From Lama glama (taxonomy: Eukaryota): a DNA stretch of 64,000 nucleotides. Of this stretch, positions 50,660-62,906 are shown one piece after another. The translations under genes and the position numbers were made by a program. The notes beneath the pieces were generated by a model. That model was given only the letters and a program-made list of their open reading frames with translations. It was not told the DNA's origin and searched no databases. The stretch covers positions 21,948,001-22,012,000 of the forward strand of contig CM052837.1 in NCBI GenBank assembly GCA_028534125.1, written 5' to 3'. The stretch's first letter is position 1. The number at the start of each line of letters is the position of its first letter.

Positions 50660-51138
50660 TGATGGCTACTGTGCTGCGCCTGACCTATCTGTTTGTTTCA
50701 TCCCGTGTCCTTCTCCTGCTCTGTTCTCTATTGCAGGGGGACTGACAGCTGCAGGCTGCCTTTTCACGACTCTGCATCAAATTTCTTCTGGCTGGATTTA
50801 GCCAGTAGGAGGCGCCGATGGGCAATTGGAGGGTTGGCGGAACGAAGAGGCCAGGGTACCACTCTCCCTCTCTGTCTCATGTGGCAGCAGCTGTGTTTCC
50901 TTGGTGGCTCCTGTTCTTATGGGACATTTTCCATTGGATGACCTTGGTCCCCAGGCTCCAGTCCTTCTCCCCCTGCCCCTCAGGCTGGTGGCAGCTTCCT
51001 ACTGTTGTCAACCTGTAGGTTTCCTCGCTTTTAGTTTCTCAGTCCTTTCATCACTGGGGTAGCCAATTTCCTGGAATAAATTTCCTCTGTTTTAAACACT
51101 TAATTGGTTTGTTTTCCTGGTTAGACCTGGACTGATAC
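50660..51138 (+). mobile_element. LTR33-like ERVL solo LTR
   Basis: tctcctgctctgttctctattgcagggggactgac...ccaatttcctggaataaatttcctctgttttaaacacttaattggtttgttttcctggttagacctggactgataca. Confidence 0.75.
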
Positions 51139-51223
51139 AAACCCTTCAGCATGATAATGTCATTTCCATCTCTGAGGGCACTTTGTGTTAAACACATAAA
51201 CTGGCCAGGACAGAGGTTGGAAG

Positions 51224-51348
51224 TTTTTTTTTTTTTTCCCACCTGGGTAATTAGGTTTATTTATTTACTTTAATGGAGGTTCTAGGAATTGAACTCAGGA
51301 CCTCATGCATGCTAAGCGCACGCTCTTACCACTGAGTTATCCCCTCCC
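51224..51348 (-). mobile_element. Camelid tRNA-derived SINE (vic-1-like)
   Basis: taatggaggttctaggaattgaactcaggacctcatgcatgctaagcgcacgctcttaccactgagttatccc with a poly(T) tail; TSD-like ggaag(g)ttttt on both sides. Confidence 0.9.
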
Positions 51349-51569
51349 GCCATGGGAAGGTTTTTAAAGATTTATTAGTTCAGAATTAATTCAACCAAAA
51401 TAACATCACAATCTACAAATAAATAGAAAGAAGAGGAGAACAGAGTTAACTGTGATGATGAAATGAGGACGAAATATAGAGAAGTATGGGGAGTAACATC
51501 AAACACCCTATATACTCAGAACCCAGCTCCGTCAAACCCTAGTATTTCCCGTTTTGCTTATGATAGAAT

Positions 51570-51810
51570 TAAAGACAGTTTGCCTAGATTTAAATGCTAG
51601 CTCTACTACCACTTAGCAGGATATCATTGGACAAGTCCTTTAATTTTGCTGAACTTCAGTTTTATCATCTGCAAAATGGGTACAATAACAGTACTCTCCC
51701 CATAGGATGGTTGAGAGGATGAAATGGAATGGTCCGCAGAAAGCACTTGGCACACTGTCTTGCATACAGTAAGTGTTCAGTAAATGGTATCTGTCCTTAT
51801 TTTTGCTTTT
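51570..51810 (+). mobile_element. MIR SINE
   Basis: ctctactaccacttagc...ttcagttttatcatctgcaaaatgggtacaataacagtac...aaagcacttggcacactgtcttgcatacagtaagtgttcagtaaatgg. Confidence 0.85.
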
Positions 51811-51818
51811 GCTGCTGT

Positions 51819-52415
51819 TGTTAGATAGAACTTGACAAGAGAAACTGGGAAAGTTCTTCCTGGACAAATGCAGGGAGGTGGTGTCCTTCTGAGACAGGAG
51901 GGAAGGGGCCAGGGCACAACCATTACAAGAATGACACAGCAATTAGCACCAAAGTAGCAGAAGATTCACCTCCTCCCCCAGTAGACTTTGAGCTTCATTA
52001 TATGCTCATTGTAATGCGATAGCTGCTGAATGGCACTCCCACAGGCTCCCTGACAGTTTCAAGGCTGATCATAAAAGGTCAAAAAGTGGGTGATGGCCCG
52101 ATTCCTGGGAATCCCAGCCCCTTCCCTTAAATAGTTGGAATAATCCTCCCATTTGTTAGCATATGAAGTTACTGAGCCCATAAAAACTAACAACTCCGCA
52201 CCTAGTGGCTGTTTCTCTTGCCTTCGGAGATGGCCCGCACTCTGTCTATGGCATATGCATCTCTCTGAACAAATCTACTTCTACTCAACTATGGCTCGCT
52301 CTTGCATTTTTTCCCCTGCAAAGCCAAGGACCCTCACTTGGCGGGGCACATCCCGGGGACTCGCCTGAGACCTGGGACACGACGATTGTCTCACGCCCCA
52401 TTTCTTCCTGTGTCA
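51819..52415 (+). mobile_element. MER41-like ERV1 solo LTR
   Basis: TG...CA ends; MER41-like blocks cactcccacaggctccctgacagttt, gaataatcctcccatttgttagcatat, ccataaaaa, ctctgtctatgg, ttcctgtgtca. Confidence 0.65.
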
Positions 52416-52779
52416 TGTCCACCACGGAATAAGATTGCCCTGTTTGTTATGTTTCCATCCCAAGGTGGCACATCACTGCTGTGCTTTGAACCCAGAGCAG
52501 GGACATTAGCAATTGAAATTGTTAAATGTCGCGCTGTCGAATAGATGAAGCAAAGACAAAGCAAGCTCTTGGTGAGAACAACGGTCTTGGGCGAAGAGCC
52601 TCCGCCTTAAAATAGAGACATGTTTTCAGAATTTAAATAGCACTCGACAGTTGATTCGTTTGTCATCCTGCCCCCTGGCTGGAGTTGCATTTTAGTTGTG
52701 AAAATACGGAAAGTGTGTGCATGTGAGTGAGTGCAACCGGAGGGAAAGAGTAGATTTCTGAGTTTGTCAGACGTGCTTA

Positions 52780-52878
52780 TGTGTGACTTGTCTGTGTGCT
52801 TGTTTGTGTGTCTGTGTGCGTCTATGTGTGTATGTGTATGGATGTGCGTGTCTGTGAGAGAAACGCACATCTGTGCAC

Positions 52879-52918
<40 letters not shown>

Positions 52919-53015
52919 AGCTGTGTGCCTAGCAGTCTCTGGTAGGGAGCAGGCACTCACCATTTGTTGAATGAATGAATATATGTGTGTGTGTGATTGT
53001 GTGTCCATGTGTGAG
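52780..53015 (+). repeat. (TG)n microsatellite with degenerate flanks
   Basis: Pure tgtgtg run at about 52882-52915. Confidence 0.9.
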
Positions 53016-53049
53016 CACAGATCTGGACTGTCTCTCTGAGAGTGAGGGT

Positions 53050-53770
53050 ATGAATGTTCGAGTGAGCCTGAGGATCCTACACCTGATGGCGCGTTTAGGT
53101 TTACGTAAGTCAACCTAAGGTCTCTCGCAGCTCCTCACCCCAGGTGTCCTTCCGCGATGCTGCGTTACACCCCCGACGAGTGTAACTCCCCTCCCATCCC
53201 GTTCCCTGGGGCTCCCTCTGCCTACAGAGCTGTCCTTCCCACCAGCCCGGAGCCAGCTCCCCCTACCCTACCCCCTTTTCGGACCTTTGCTTCTGTGTGT
53301 CTTCCGGAGGACACAGATGGCAGGAGCAGGGAATCGGAAGCACTTGGCAATGAAGCAGCAATTCACTGCAATCCCTTCGGTATTCATCGCAACAATGCCC
53401 GCTCTGATGGGCTCCGCGCGCTGAATGCTGCTTTCAATGCGCAATCCGGCGGGAATTGCGGCTCTGTGTGGTCCTCATCACGTCCACTTCTTGTCAAGTG
53501 CTGCTGAGAATTCTCCCACCCGGGATGAGGGAACCACTTGTTTTAGCAACTGATTTCCGAAACCTCCTCTGGGTTGGGGCTTCTGCGAAGCTCCCGGTGA
53601 TGTGTGATTGTTCCCGGTTGGTGTTTTGGACACGTATATGCTCTGCTGAAGTATGTAAATTGCCATAATGTGAGGAAATGAGTTATAAAAATAACTCGGG
53701 GGCAGCAAACACCGGAGGAGCGCTGAGATGTGCCCAGCCTTTCCTGGTTCTGCTTTGAGGCCGAGGAGCC
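53050..53770. promoter_or_regulatory. CpG-rich repeat-free candidate regulatory element
   Basis: Many retained CpGs (ccgcgcgc, gcgcaatccggcggg, cccggttgg) in unique sequence. Confidence 0.45.
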
Positions 53771-54059
53771 TCTCCGGCAGGCTGTGCTGGGACAGGAGAC
53801 CAAAGAGACCCTGGACGGATGAGTGGCTCCCTGGAGTGGGCTGGAATGGGCTGACTGCTGCCCACCCTCCTGCAGCTGGACTGCTTGAGAAGGGCCAGGT
53901 GAGCCCCGTCCTCAGGAAGGAAGTGAGGGGCTGGACATCGACCGTCTCCTTTCACTGTCATCTGTGGTCAGCTGTACCCAAGGTGCCTCTTGCTGGAGGA
54001 ATCTACTGCCCACTCCCAGAGGGCAGATTTCCATCCTTGTTGGCCCATGATCCATTGGC

Positions 54060-54484
54060 CTTCCTGTGAGTCTCTCCCTTCCCCAATCTGGGCTGTTAGC
54101 AGGGGGCTGACCTCCACAGTCTCCTGGGTTAGCTGGCTTTGATTGGGTTTGGCCAATGAGAAGTACTGGTGGGCACTGGAGGACGGGGAAGGGAGGACAC
54201 CTGTCTGACTCAGGTGGTGGCTCCAGGGCAGCTTGTCCCTTCCATGGACCCAGACCTTCAGAGTCTCAACTTCCAGCAGATGACCCTTGACTCTGGGCAC
54301 CTGACCCTCCCTCGGCCCCTTGGCCTGGGCATGGTGGTGGTCTCCTGCTGTTGTTTGTCTCCGGGCTCACTCACTGGCCCCCGCTTGGCTTCATCGCCTG
54401 TGTAACAGATTCCTAACAATTAGAGCCCCTCTGTTTGAAACACTTAATGGCTTCTATCTTTCTGTTTGGAGTCTCACTGATATG
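54060..54484 (+). mobile_element. LTR33-like ERVL solo LTR
   Basis: gggtttggccaatgagaagtactggtgggcactggagg...cctctgtttgaaacacttaatggcttctatctttctg...ctcactgata. Confidence 0.65.
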
Positions 54485-55914
54485 CTTATGAAGAACAGCT
54501 TGGACGGCCAGACTGGCGCTTCCTCCATTGCCTGTTGAGGGAATGGGTAAAAGCAAAGGGGCCCAAGGGAAACAGGCCGTTTCTCCGTAAGGGAGGAGCC
54601 AAGGGGGGATTAAAAATAATAATGAAAGTATCTGGCCCTGACCGGTTAGTGTCTCGGCACTTACTTCTCACGATCGTATTTAATAGAATAGCACGTTGAG
54701 GTGGGTACCACGATTGTGCATAAAGCCCTGTGCTGACCTCCTCGCATCTCTACTTTCCTACGATCAAACTGATGCGCAGATATGTGCAGCAGATTGCCTC
54801 AGGACAGACAATGAGAGCGCACCAGACATGGGTGTTAGGCAAGGCCCACGTTTAGTCCGAGAAAATCTGTCACTCCCCACGAGGAACATGTCCTGCCCCC
54901 CAACCAGGGCCACTGGGAACACATGGTCTGCAAGTGTTTCACAGAATGTGCCATGGTACCCTTCAGTGGTACAATGGTGGCTGGGGATGCTCAAGTCATG
55001 CTAGCCTATGTAACAGGATGATGGGTGCACCCAGGATCCCCGCTGCCTCTTCTTGGCAGGTGGTGATGTCATGGTCACCTTGTATCTGTGACCCCTCCCC
55101 TGAAGCATTCCCTATTCCCTCGTAGACCCACCTGCCTGGGTTTCCTTCTTGACCTGCTCCATTCCAAACAGGACAGAAGAGCAGAGGGTCACAGATCACA
55201 TCTGTACAAGGCAGATCACAGGAATATCTCCTGGACTGCTCATCCCATATTAATGCTCAGCCTCCCCACTGAGAAGCGAGCAAATTTAGGGCTCGTTTAA
55301 TTGGACATCTAAAGGACAGTGCTGCCACAGCCCACACGGAATTTATGCACATCTGTCTTGAAGAGCTTGGAGGGGATGGGATGATTCATGATGACACTGC
55401 CTGCCTCCTGATTTATAACCCATCATTCACATGTCTCTGAAGTCAGCTGGCACATGTGGAAGGTCATACTCAACTAGAATCACGCTCACGAAATCTCCGG
55501 CTGCCTGGTCTTCTAGTCAAGTTGTGCCCAATCACTGGTCTCGGGCACCTATGACCAGAGGAAATGACAGAGATCGGGACCAAAGAAGCTCACCGGGCAC
55601 AGTGGCCAACCGTAGGGAGCTCCGGCCTTCTATCTGGCTGCACATTTGTGGGACTCGGGGCCGTTGTTAAAGTGTGCGATCTGGACTGAGAACTGGAGTG
55701 GTAGACCTGTAACCTTGGGGAAGCCACCTAACGTTCCCTGGCTTTGGTTTCTCCATCTGTAAAGTGGGAATGATAACAGTACCAACCTCACAGGGCAGTG
55801 AAAATGAGAGCTACTTTAAGTCTTCAGAGCAGGGCCTGGTACATAGGAGTGCTGAGTTACGAGATGTTCTAGCCTAGTAGCGAAGTGGTCCACTTTTGGA
55901 ATTAAGATTGCTTG

Positions 55915-56207
55915 TTGTTATGTTTGTGTCCTTCCCTCCAAATTCATATGTTGACACTGCAACCCCCTAGGGGGATGGTATTAGGAAGTGAAGACTTTCG
56001 GATGTGATTAGATCATGAAGGTGGAGCCCTCAGGATGAATTAGTGCCCTTTTGTGAAGATACACCAGAGAGCTTGCTTTCTTCCTTTCTGCTCTCTGCAC
56101 GGGAGGATGCAGCAAGAAGGCAGCTGTCATAGAAGGCAGAAAGCGGGCCCTCATCAGAACCTGACCCTGATCTCTGACTTTCCTATGAGAAATCAATTTC
56201 TGTTATC
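55915..56207 (+). mobile_element. MLT1A-like MaLR LTR
   Basis: tgtttgtgtccttccctccaaattcatatgttga...gattagatcatgaaggtggagccctcaggatgaattagtgccctt...gagaaatcaatttctgtt. Confidence 0.85.
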
Positions 56208-56244
56208 TAGGCTAGCTTGTATTCAAATCCTGGTTCTGCCATTT

Positions 56245-56424
56245 TAAAGTGATTTTTTTAATTCCTAATTAATTTTTTATTGAAGTATAGTTGGTTTATA
56301 ATGTTAATTTCTAGCATACAGCATAGTTTTACATACATGTGTATTCCGTTTCATTCCCCTTCTTTTCCATTATAGGCTGTTACAAGGTATTGAATATAGT
56401 TTCCTGTGCTATACAGTAGGGAAA
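56245..56424 (-). mobile_element. Short cetartiodactyl L1 3' end inserted in a MIR
   Basis: ttttttattgaagtatagttggtttataatgtt...ccattataggctgttacaaggtattgaatatagtttcctgtgctatacagtagg; flanked by the tggttctgccattt repeat. Confidence 0.9.
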
Positions 56425-56440
56425 TGGTTCTGCCATTTAA

Positions 56441-56570
56441 CTCTTTTTTGTGTGTGTTTTTGGGGGTAATTTTATTCAGTTTACTTATTTTTTTAATGGA
56501 GGTACTGGGGGTTGAACCCAGGACTTCGTGCATGCTTAGCACGTGCTCTACCACTGAGCTCTACCCTCCG
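56441..56570 (-). mobile_element. Camelid tRNA-derived SINE (vic-1-like)
   Basis: taatggaggtactgggggttgaacccaggacttcgtgcatgcttagcacgtgctctaccactgagctctaccc. Confidence 0.9.
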
Positions 56571-57807
56571 CTGGTTCTACCATTTAGTAGCTGTAAGATC
56601 TGGGGAGATATGCTGATGGTCTCTGAATCTCGATGTTTTCATCACGAGTCCATGGGTGGTAGCCAATAATAATTGCTCCTACTTCTCAGGGCTGTGATGA
56701 GTTTGAGTTAAAGGAGGTAATGTAGGTAGAACCCTCAGCCCAGTATGTGGCCTGCTGAGTGTTCACTAAATACAAACGACGTGGAGAAGGTCATGACGAG
56801 TTTCACTTTGGATCTGGCCCCAGTCTGAGCCGATCTTGTTTCGCAGCTCATCGTGCATGGACGGTTGAGCTGGCCTGTTGGCTCTCTCCATGTGCATTTT
56901 GGACGACAGTCACACTGCTCATCTATAGGATCAAAGAGAGTTCCCCTTCTGTCTTGGACATGCTTTTGGAAACATCTGCAGTCCTCGTGGTCCACTTCAT
57001 TGGGCCTTCCCCATGTTCTCCCCTTCAAAGTTCCCATCTCAGAATCTACCTTTAGCTCACAAGTATATTAATTCTCCATGGACTTCGGGATGGGAACTTT
57101 TCTTTTCCATTCCTCTGCTAGTTTGAATGGGAAACTTCAAAGTGCCAACAAATGGATTCTTTCTACAGTGGAGGCTGCATTGATGTTCAGTAGGACTTCG
57201 ACCTCTGCCCTTTCTGGAACATGTTGTAAGGGGTCTTTGGCTTTAATGAACAGCCTGGGGCACCCCTGCTCCTGGCCTGGAGCCCCCGGTTCTACTGACT
57301 GGTAACCTTTGGCAGAGCCCTGCTAGGCACCTGCTCTGACTGCTGGGCGGTGGGACCATGGCTGAGTCAGCAGTGAGCTCAAGACACACACAGAGCGGAC
57401 CTGCTTGGGAAACGTGTGCTGAGTAGAGAAAATGATGAATAGGGAGTGGGGGATGCACAAATTAGAGGGTAATTTTTTCTCCTTCCTTCCTTCTGTTAAA
57501 GAGAGTTCAGTGATGTTTTTTTTTTTTTTGAGGTATAACATATAGAATCAGCATCCTTATCAAAATGTTATTTTCAACATAAAAAAAATTCTCTGTGGGT
57601 TGATATCTTTTGGAAAAGTTAGTTCATTTATTTCCAGTGAAGTTTCCTGATTTTCCTTTTGGGAAAAAACCATAAACTACTTGCGATTCATTTTTAAATC
57701 CGTTAGCTATAATAGCCAATATAAATGGATGCTTTTTGTGTATCAAGTCCTAGGCTTGGTGTTCAACTTACCAATCCCCTTTCATCCTCACATCCAGGTT
57801 GTAGGTA

Positions 57808-58090
57808 TTTGTATTACGGTAATTGCTCCAGCTGTCCCAACATACAAACTCCATAATCTCAGCGGCTTAGCACAATGAAGTTTTATTTCTCACTCTTGCA
57901 CAGTTCCATGGGGTTTGGGTGGCCCTCCTCTGAGTTACAGTTGCACCGTCTGGACCATGTGGCGTCAAAGTCACCACAGTCAAGGAAGAGAGGACAAGAG
58001 GCTTTCGTAGGATGTGCTTAGGAGTCAGGTTTGGAGGTGGCTGGCTTCGCTTCCGCTCACATCCCACTGAGGAGAACTCAGCTTCCCGGT
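57808..58090 (-). mobile_element. Old MLT1 LTR fragment
   Basis: aatctcagcggcttagcacaatgaagttttatttctcactc...cttccgctcacatcccactg. Confidence 0.6.
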
Positions 58091-58869
58091 CCAACTCAAA
58101 TGCTCAGTGACGATGAAGCTAAAGATATTCTGAGCTCCTCTATGATCCGGCCACCAGGGACACCGACTCGTGCCCCCACGGCCAGCACTTTCTGTCACAT
58201 CAGCACCATTCATCCATTTTCAAAAGCCCATCTGTGCCCGCAGCGGAGTGACTTCCTGTGTGCATGGGCAGCCCCGGGGAGGCCGGGCTCGGAGAGCCCG
58301 TTTTGGATTATAAGCCTTTGAAGACATCTGCAGGGAGGGGCTAATTCATTCCAGAAACACTGCTCTCTCCGCCATGCAAACCAGAGACCAGGAATGGAAT
58401 TGAGATTTCTAATGACACGGGGCATTTTTAGAGCCACCTGCTGGCTTGGGCGTCTCGCTGAGTTGCTTCCATACACAAGTGCTGGGGAGCGGGCCTGGCT
58501 TCTGAGGTTGGGCTGCTGGGGGGCCTCGGGTGGGCTCCCTGAGGCAGGGCACGAGCTGCCACCTTCAAAGTGTTCTTCTGTCTGCATCCGCCTGGGCTTA
58601 TAGGGGACTGATGCCCGGGAAGATCTTCTCTGAACTTAGCAGATGTCCTCCTGCTGCTCAGAAAGTTCTAGACTCAAGACTAGTCTTAGATTTGATCTCT
58701 CCATGTTCACGAGCTCCTGACCTCCACAGGTCTCCTCAGCCCTGGGCTGGGAGGAGATCAGACACTGAACACTGACAACTCAGGGGCTTATCCAAAGCAC
58801 TGGCTTCCACGCCCTTCCTGGCAGATTCAAACGTGCGGCACATTCAGACAGATGTAGCTTCAGATCTCA

Positions 58870-59291
58870 GCTCCCCTGGGCTCAAGATGGGTTTTGCAGA
58901 AGGAGATGCAGAGGGGGAGGTCAGCATGCAAGGTGCTTTTGGAGGTCAACTCCTGTGGAAGGCAGAAGGGACAGCAGGATTGGGCAGAAGGAAAGTCAAC
59001 CTGTGATGCAGGTCCAAGCTAGGCTGAGTCAACCCAAAAGAGAGCTTTGCCCATCTGAGTTGTCCTGGGTTAAATCGAAATGACTGAGCCTTGTAACCTT
59101 GCTTTGCTCCATCATGGGGATGTGGGCTTCATGAGGAAGTCTGCAGTCTTGGGTGAGAGGGTCCTGTGCAGCTCAGACAGACACCGAAAGAGCTAACTGT
59201 TGGAGTCTGTCCCTTGAATGTACCCCCTGCAGATGGGCAGGGGGTAATTCACTTGAAGAGCTTCTGGACAGCACAACTTGGCATCTACCAC
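58870..59291 (-). mobile_element. ERVL-class LTR relic (LTR16/LTR33-like)
   Basis: gtcaactcctgtggaaggcagaagggacagcaggattgggcagaagg...ctgtgatgcaggtc...gcatctaccaca. Confidence 0.5.
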
Positions 59292-60460
59292 AGTCTTCCA
59301 ATTAGCTCTTTGACCTTAGGGATATAATTAGTTTCTTGGATCTTAGGAATATAGTTAATTAGAGTTAATTTCTAATTCCCAGTTTTCATGTAGATAAATG
59401 GGGTTAATATCATAAATATCTAACAGGATTTTTTTAAACCTCTATTGAAAATTTTAAACATACACTAAACTTATACAGAAGTATGATGCTTGCACAATGA
59501 ACTTCCATGTACCAATCACTCGGCTTCAACAATTATGAACTTGTGGTCATTCTTGTTTCAAATATACCCTACCACCTACCACTCCTGGATTGTTATGAAG
59601 TAGATGGCAGATTCAGAAACGTGATGTTTGTCCACTAACATTTCATATGTATTTCTAGAGGATAAGGACTTAAAAAATAGCAACATAACCACAATTAGCC
59701 TATCAGTGTTTTCAGCAAATTAAATGAGCCAATACAAGTGAACCATTTGCCATTGCCTTTGGCACATAAGGTTATCCAAAGCAGAACACATCCTCTGTGG
59801 AGATGACATATGGAAGAAAGGAAAAGGAGATTTAATTCTATCTAGTGTAAGGGTTCAAAGACATGGCATGGAGACGACCCTCCTTCATTCTTTGCCCATA
59901 ACAGACATCACTATTTGATCACAGAGCTAGTGAGCAACACAACGTTCCAGGCAGCCACTGCCCATCAACTAGATTTGCCCATGAGATGGAACCAGTTTGG
60001 CCACATTGTCCTCATAGTCAGAACATGCCTGTCTCAGCTGGGCTGATGGCTAAACCCAGAGCCAGGCCTCCTGCCCTCTGGCTCATCTGACAGCTGCCAC
60101 GCCAGCAGCATGGTTTAGAGGCTGCTCTGGCTCTCAGGGATTCTGTATAGAAACTGCTCATAGGCCCCACTTTGCCATTTCCAGTGGGGTAGGAGAGGGA
60201 AGGGCAGTGCTGCTCCAACTCCAACGAGGAATAATGGGTGAAGAGAAGCAGCCCTGAGATCCTTGAAAATTGTTCCACCCTGGCATGTCAACATCTGCCT
60301 CTGCAGTGTCCTTCTCTTTCATTGCTTGCTTTTTTCTACTTCTTCCATGACTTTGCCAGATCCCCCTTGGGCTTGTTAAATGCTTGTTCTTCATCTCCTG
60401 CAGCCTTCCTCATGTCATCACCACTCTCTTGAGACAACTTAGGCATGTTTCCAGGAGGGG

Positions 60461-60462
<2 letters not shown>

Positions 60463-60501
<39 letters not shown>

Positions 60502-60505
60502 TGTG
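60463..60505 (+). repeat. (TG)n microsatellite
   Basis: gtgtgtgt run with one interruption. Confidence 0.95.
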
Positions 60506-61959
60506 AAATGACTTTGAACATGTCTACATGACACCATAGTTCATATGACATTTTCATGTTGATTTCTTCATTTCTGCCTCACTCAGTGCTGTCAGTTAGT
60601 ATTCATCTTTCTTATTTCACAGATGTAGAAACTGAGACCAAAAGGGGCTCATGATATTTTCCTCTGTATTAAATAACTTAGACACGAGGCTAAAAGGCAG
60701 ATTGAGATTCCCGGCTCGGAAAGACATTGGTGTTTCACAGTTCGGGGTGTACTTTAAGCTGTGGAAACCCTTCTTTAAGTGAAACTTTATAGTAATGGCC
60801 ATTATCTACAATCTGGGCAAATTGAGATGGGAGGGTATGGTGTTCTGCCTACCATTAGTGTGTGGCAGGGGAAGAGGGAAGGCTGGTTTATGGAATCTCT
60901 AGGAGTTTGGGGAGCTCAATTTAAAAACCACCATGTTATACAAATAGTCACAGGGTGTAATTTTACTAGCCTTGGGTATAATTTCCCTCTTGAGAGTTTT
61001 GATAGAATGCCTAGGGAATCACTGATTATGGGATTCTGTATTTTCAAACCCACATTCTACCCCTTAGAGACATGTGAGACTAACTGCTTGCTAGAAGCAG
61101 CTGTTAGGGTGAATGTGCTGGCTTCTGGGACCAGAGCTGAGCCAAGTTTAGACCTGCTAGGTCTGCTCTGTCCTCACTGTGCCTGGCTTCAGCCAAGAGA
61201 GGGATGAAGGAAAGGGAATGCCCAGCCTGCGCTCTGAATAGCCTTGAACTAAGGCCTTCACCCAAAGAAGGCTGATAGTAATTGAAGTGTTAGCAACAAC
61301 AGTGATTCTTGAATATTTGCTCTCTCTGTGTTAAGTGCTATGCAAAATGGACATACAACTTAATTTCTACAACAACGGGAGGTAAATATTTTTATCTCAG
61401 TTTTACAAACTAGTAGGATGCCCAGGGCCAGCAAGAAATTAAGCTGGGATTCAAACCCAGGTCTCCCCAGCTCGAGTTCTCACACTCTTACTCATCCATT
61501 CTGACCCTTCAAGGATATCCTTACCATAGCCTTTGAGATGGATAACTTTACCTCCATTGCCTCAAGGTCACCCATGTAGGAAGAGAAAGCACCTAAACAC
61601 AGGTGCATCTGATTCCAAATCATGCACTAGGTTGCCTGTAGAGAGGAGGATAATGCCTTGGGCAGGATATGTTGCTTCTGAGAAAATCACCTTTTTGGTG
61701 ACTCCGGTTTATGCCCCAAATGTTGGTGAGAATAGTGTTTTACAGAAGCAGATGTAACCTCTGTTATGCTATTTTTATTTGAGAAAACAATGTATGTATG
61801 TAAAAACACACTGGATTAAGACAGTTTTGCTTATTCCTCTGCTTTTATAGGCTAGCAATATGAGCAATCTGCCGGCAAGACCAGGCAATAGAAAGAGAAA
61901 GAAGGCAACCTTAACAATATTGAAAATGAAAGGGGTTTAGGGTTACAGCTAAATGAGAA

Positions 61960-62530
61960 TTATAAACAAGAAAATAATAGGAACAATATTACATCAATCA
62001 AGTTGAAAACTTAGATAAAATGGGCAATTTTCTCAAAAATTACAAATGATCCAAATTATCTCCGGAGGAAATAGAAAACATGATTAAACAAATTATGTCA
62101 GTAATAAAAATACCTTCCCTCAAAAGCATTAGGCACAGATGGTTTTATGAACATCTGTTACCTAATCTTCAATGAGTAGTTATTTCAGACAATACAGAAA
62201 GGTGGAAAGTTTTCTAGCTTATTAAATGATACAAATTAACATTGATATCAGAATGGAAAAGGGTAATAAAAATAGAAGAATTGCAGGTCAAGCTCACTTA
62301 TGAATAGAGGTTAAAAAACTCAAATAAAATATTAACAAACCAACCCAGCAAAATGACAGTAGCAGCAACAAGAACAAGATGAAGAATAAAGCCACACCAT
62401 GACCAAGTATACTTGATCCTAGGAATTCAAAGATGGTTTAACATTGGAAAATTTGTTAACTCATACTATTATCAGACCAAAGAAGAAAACTATATGCTCA
62501 TTAATGTAGATGCATAAAAAGAATCAGAAA
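61960..62530 (+). mobile_element. Ancient L1 ORF2 fragment
   Basis: gaaaacttagataaaatgggcaattttct...aggcacagatggtttta...caccatgaccaagt...aggaattcaaagatggtttaacatt...tagatgcataaaaag. Confidence 0.8.
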
Positions 62531-62906
62531 TATCTAGTTTCATACTCCCCTCCTACTGTTGAAAGCATCTTAAAATAATACAAAGAACAATAAACAGAAA
62601 TACAAAATGGGAGGCATCTGTAATCTTGATCCATACAAGTCTGACAAAATGTGGATTGAAATGTAGTGAATAACTTAGCAGAGGAGAGAAAAGCCAGCTG
62701 CAGATGCCTGGAGAAGGAAGATACACATGAAAAGCCAGCAGGATTACTATGTGTTATTTATAGAAACATACATATGTAGTGTGTTTTTGTTGGATGCGAA
62801 TATATCCATATGTTGTAAAGACATAAAAACACAGATGAGAAGGTAATACTCCAACTTCAGGGTACTGGTGTTTGGAGGCATAAGGAGAAGATAAAGATGT
62901 AATGGT

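Noticed and set aside
50660-54484. Two same-strand LTR33-like elements as a possible provirus
   Set aside because: The copies differ substantially, and the interval holds a SINE, a MIR, another LTR and unique DNA with no gag/pol-like sequence.
56490-56570. tRNA-like sequences here and at 43050, 51280 and 62915
   Set aside because: They are diverged SINE heads, mostly with AT-rich tails and TSDs, not tRNA genes.
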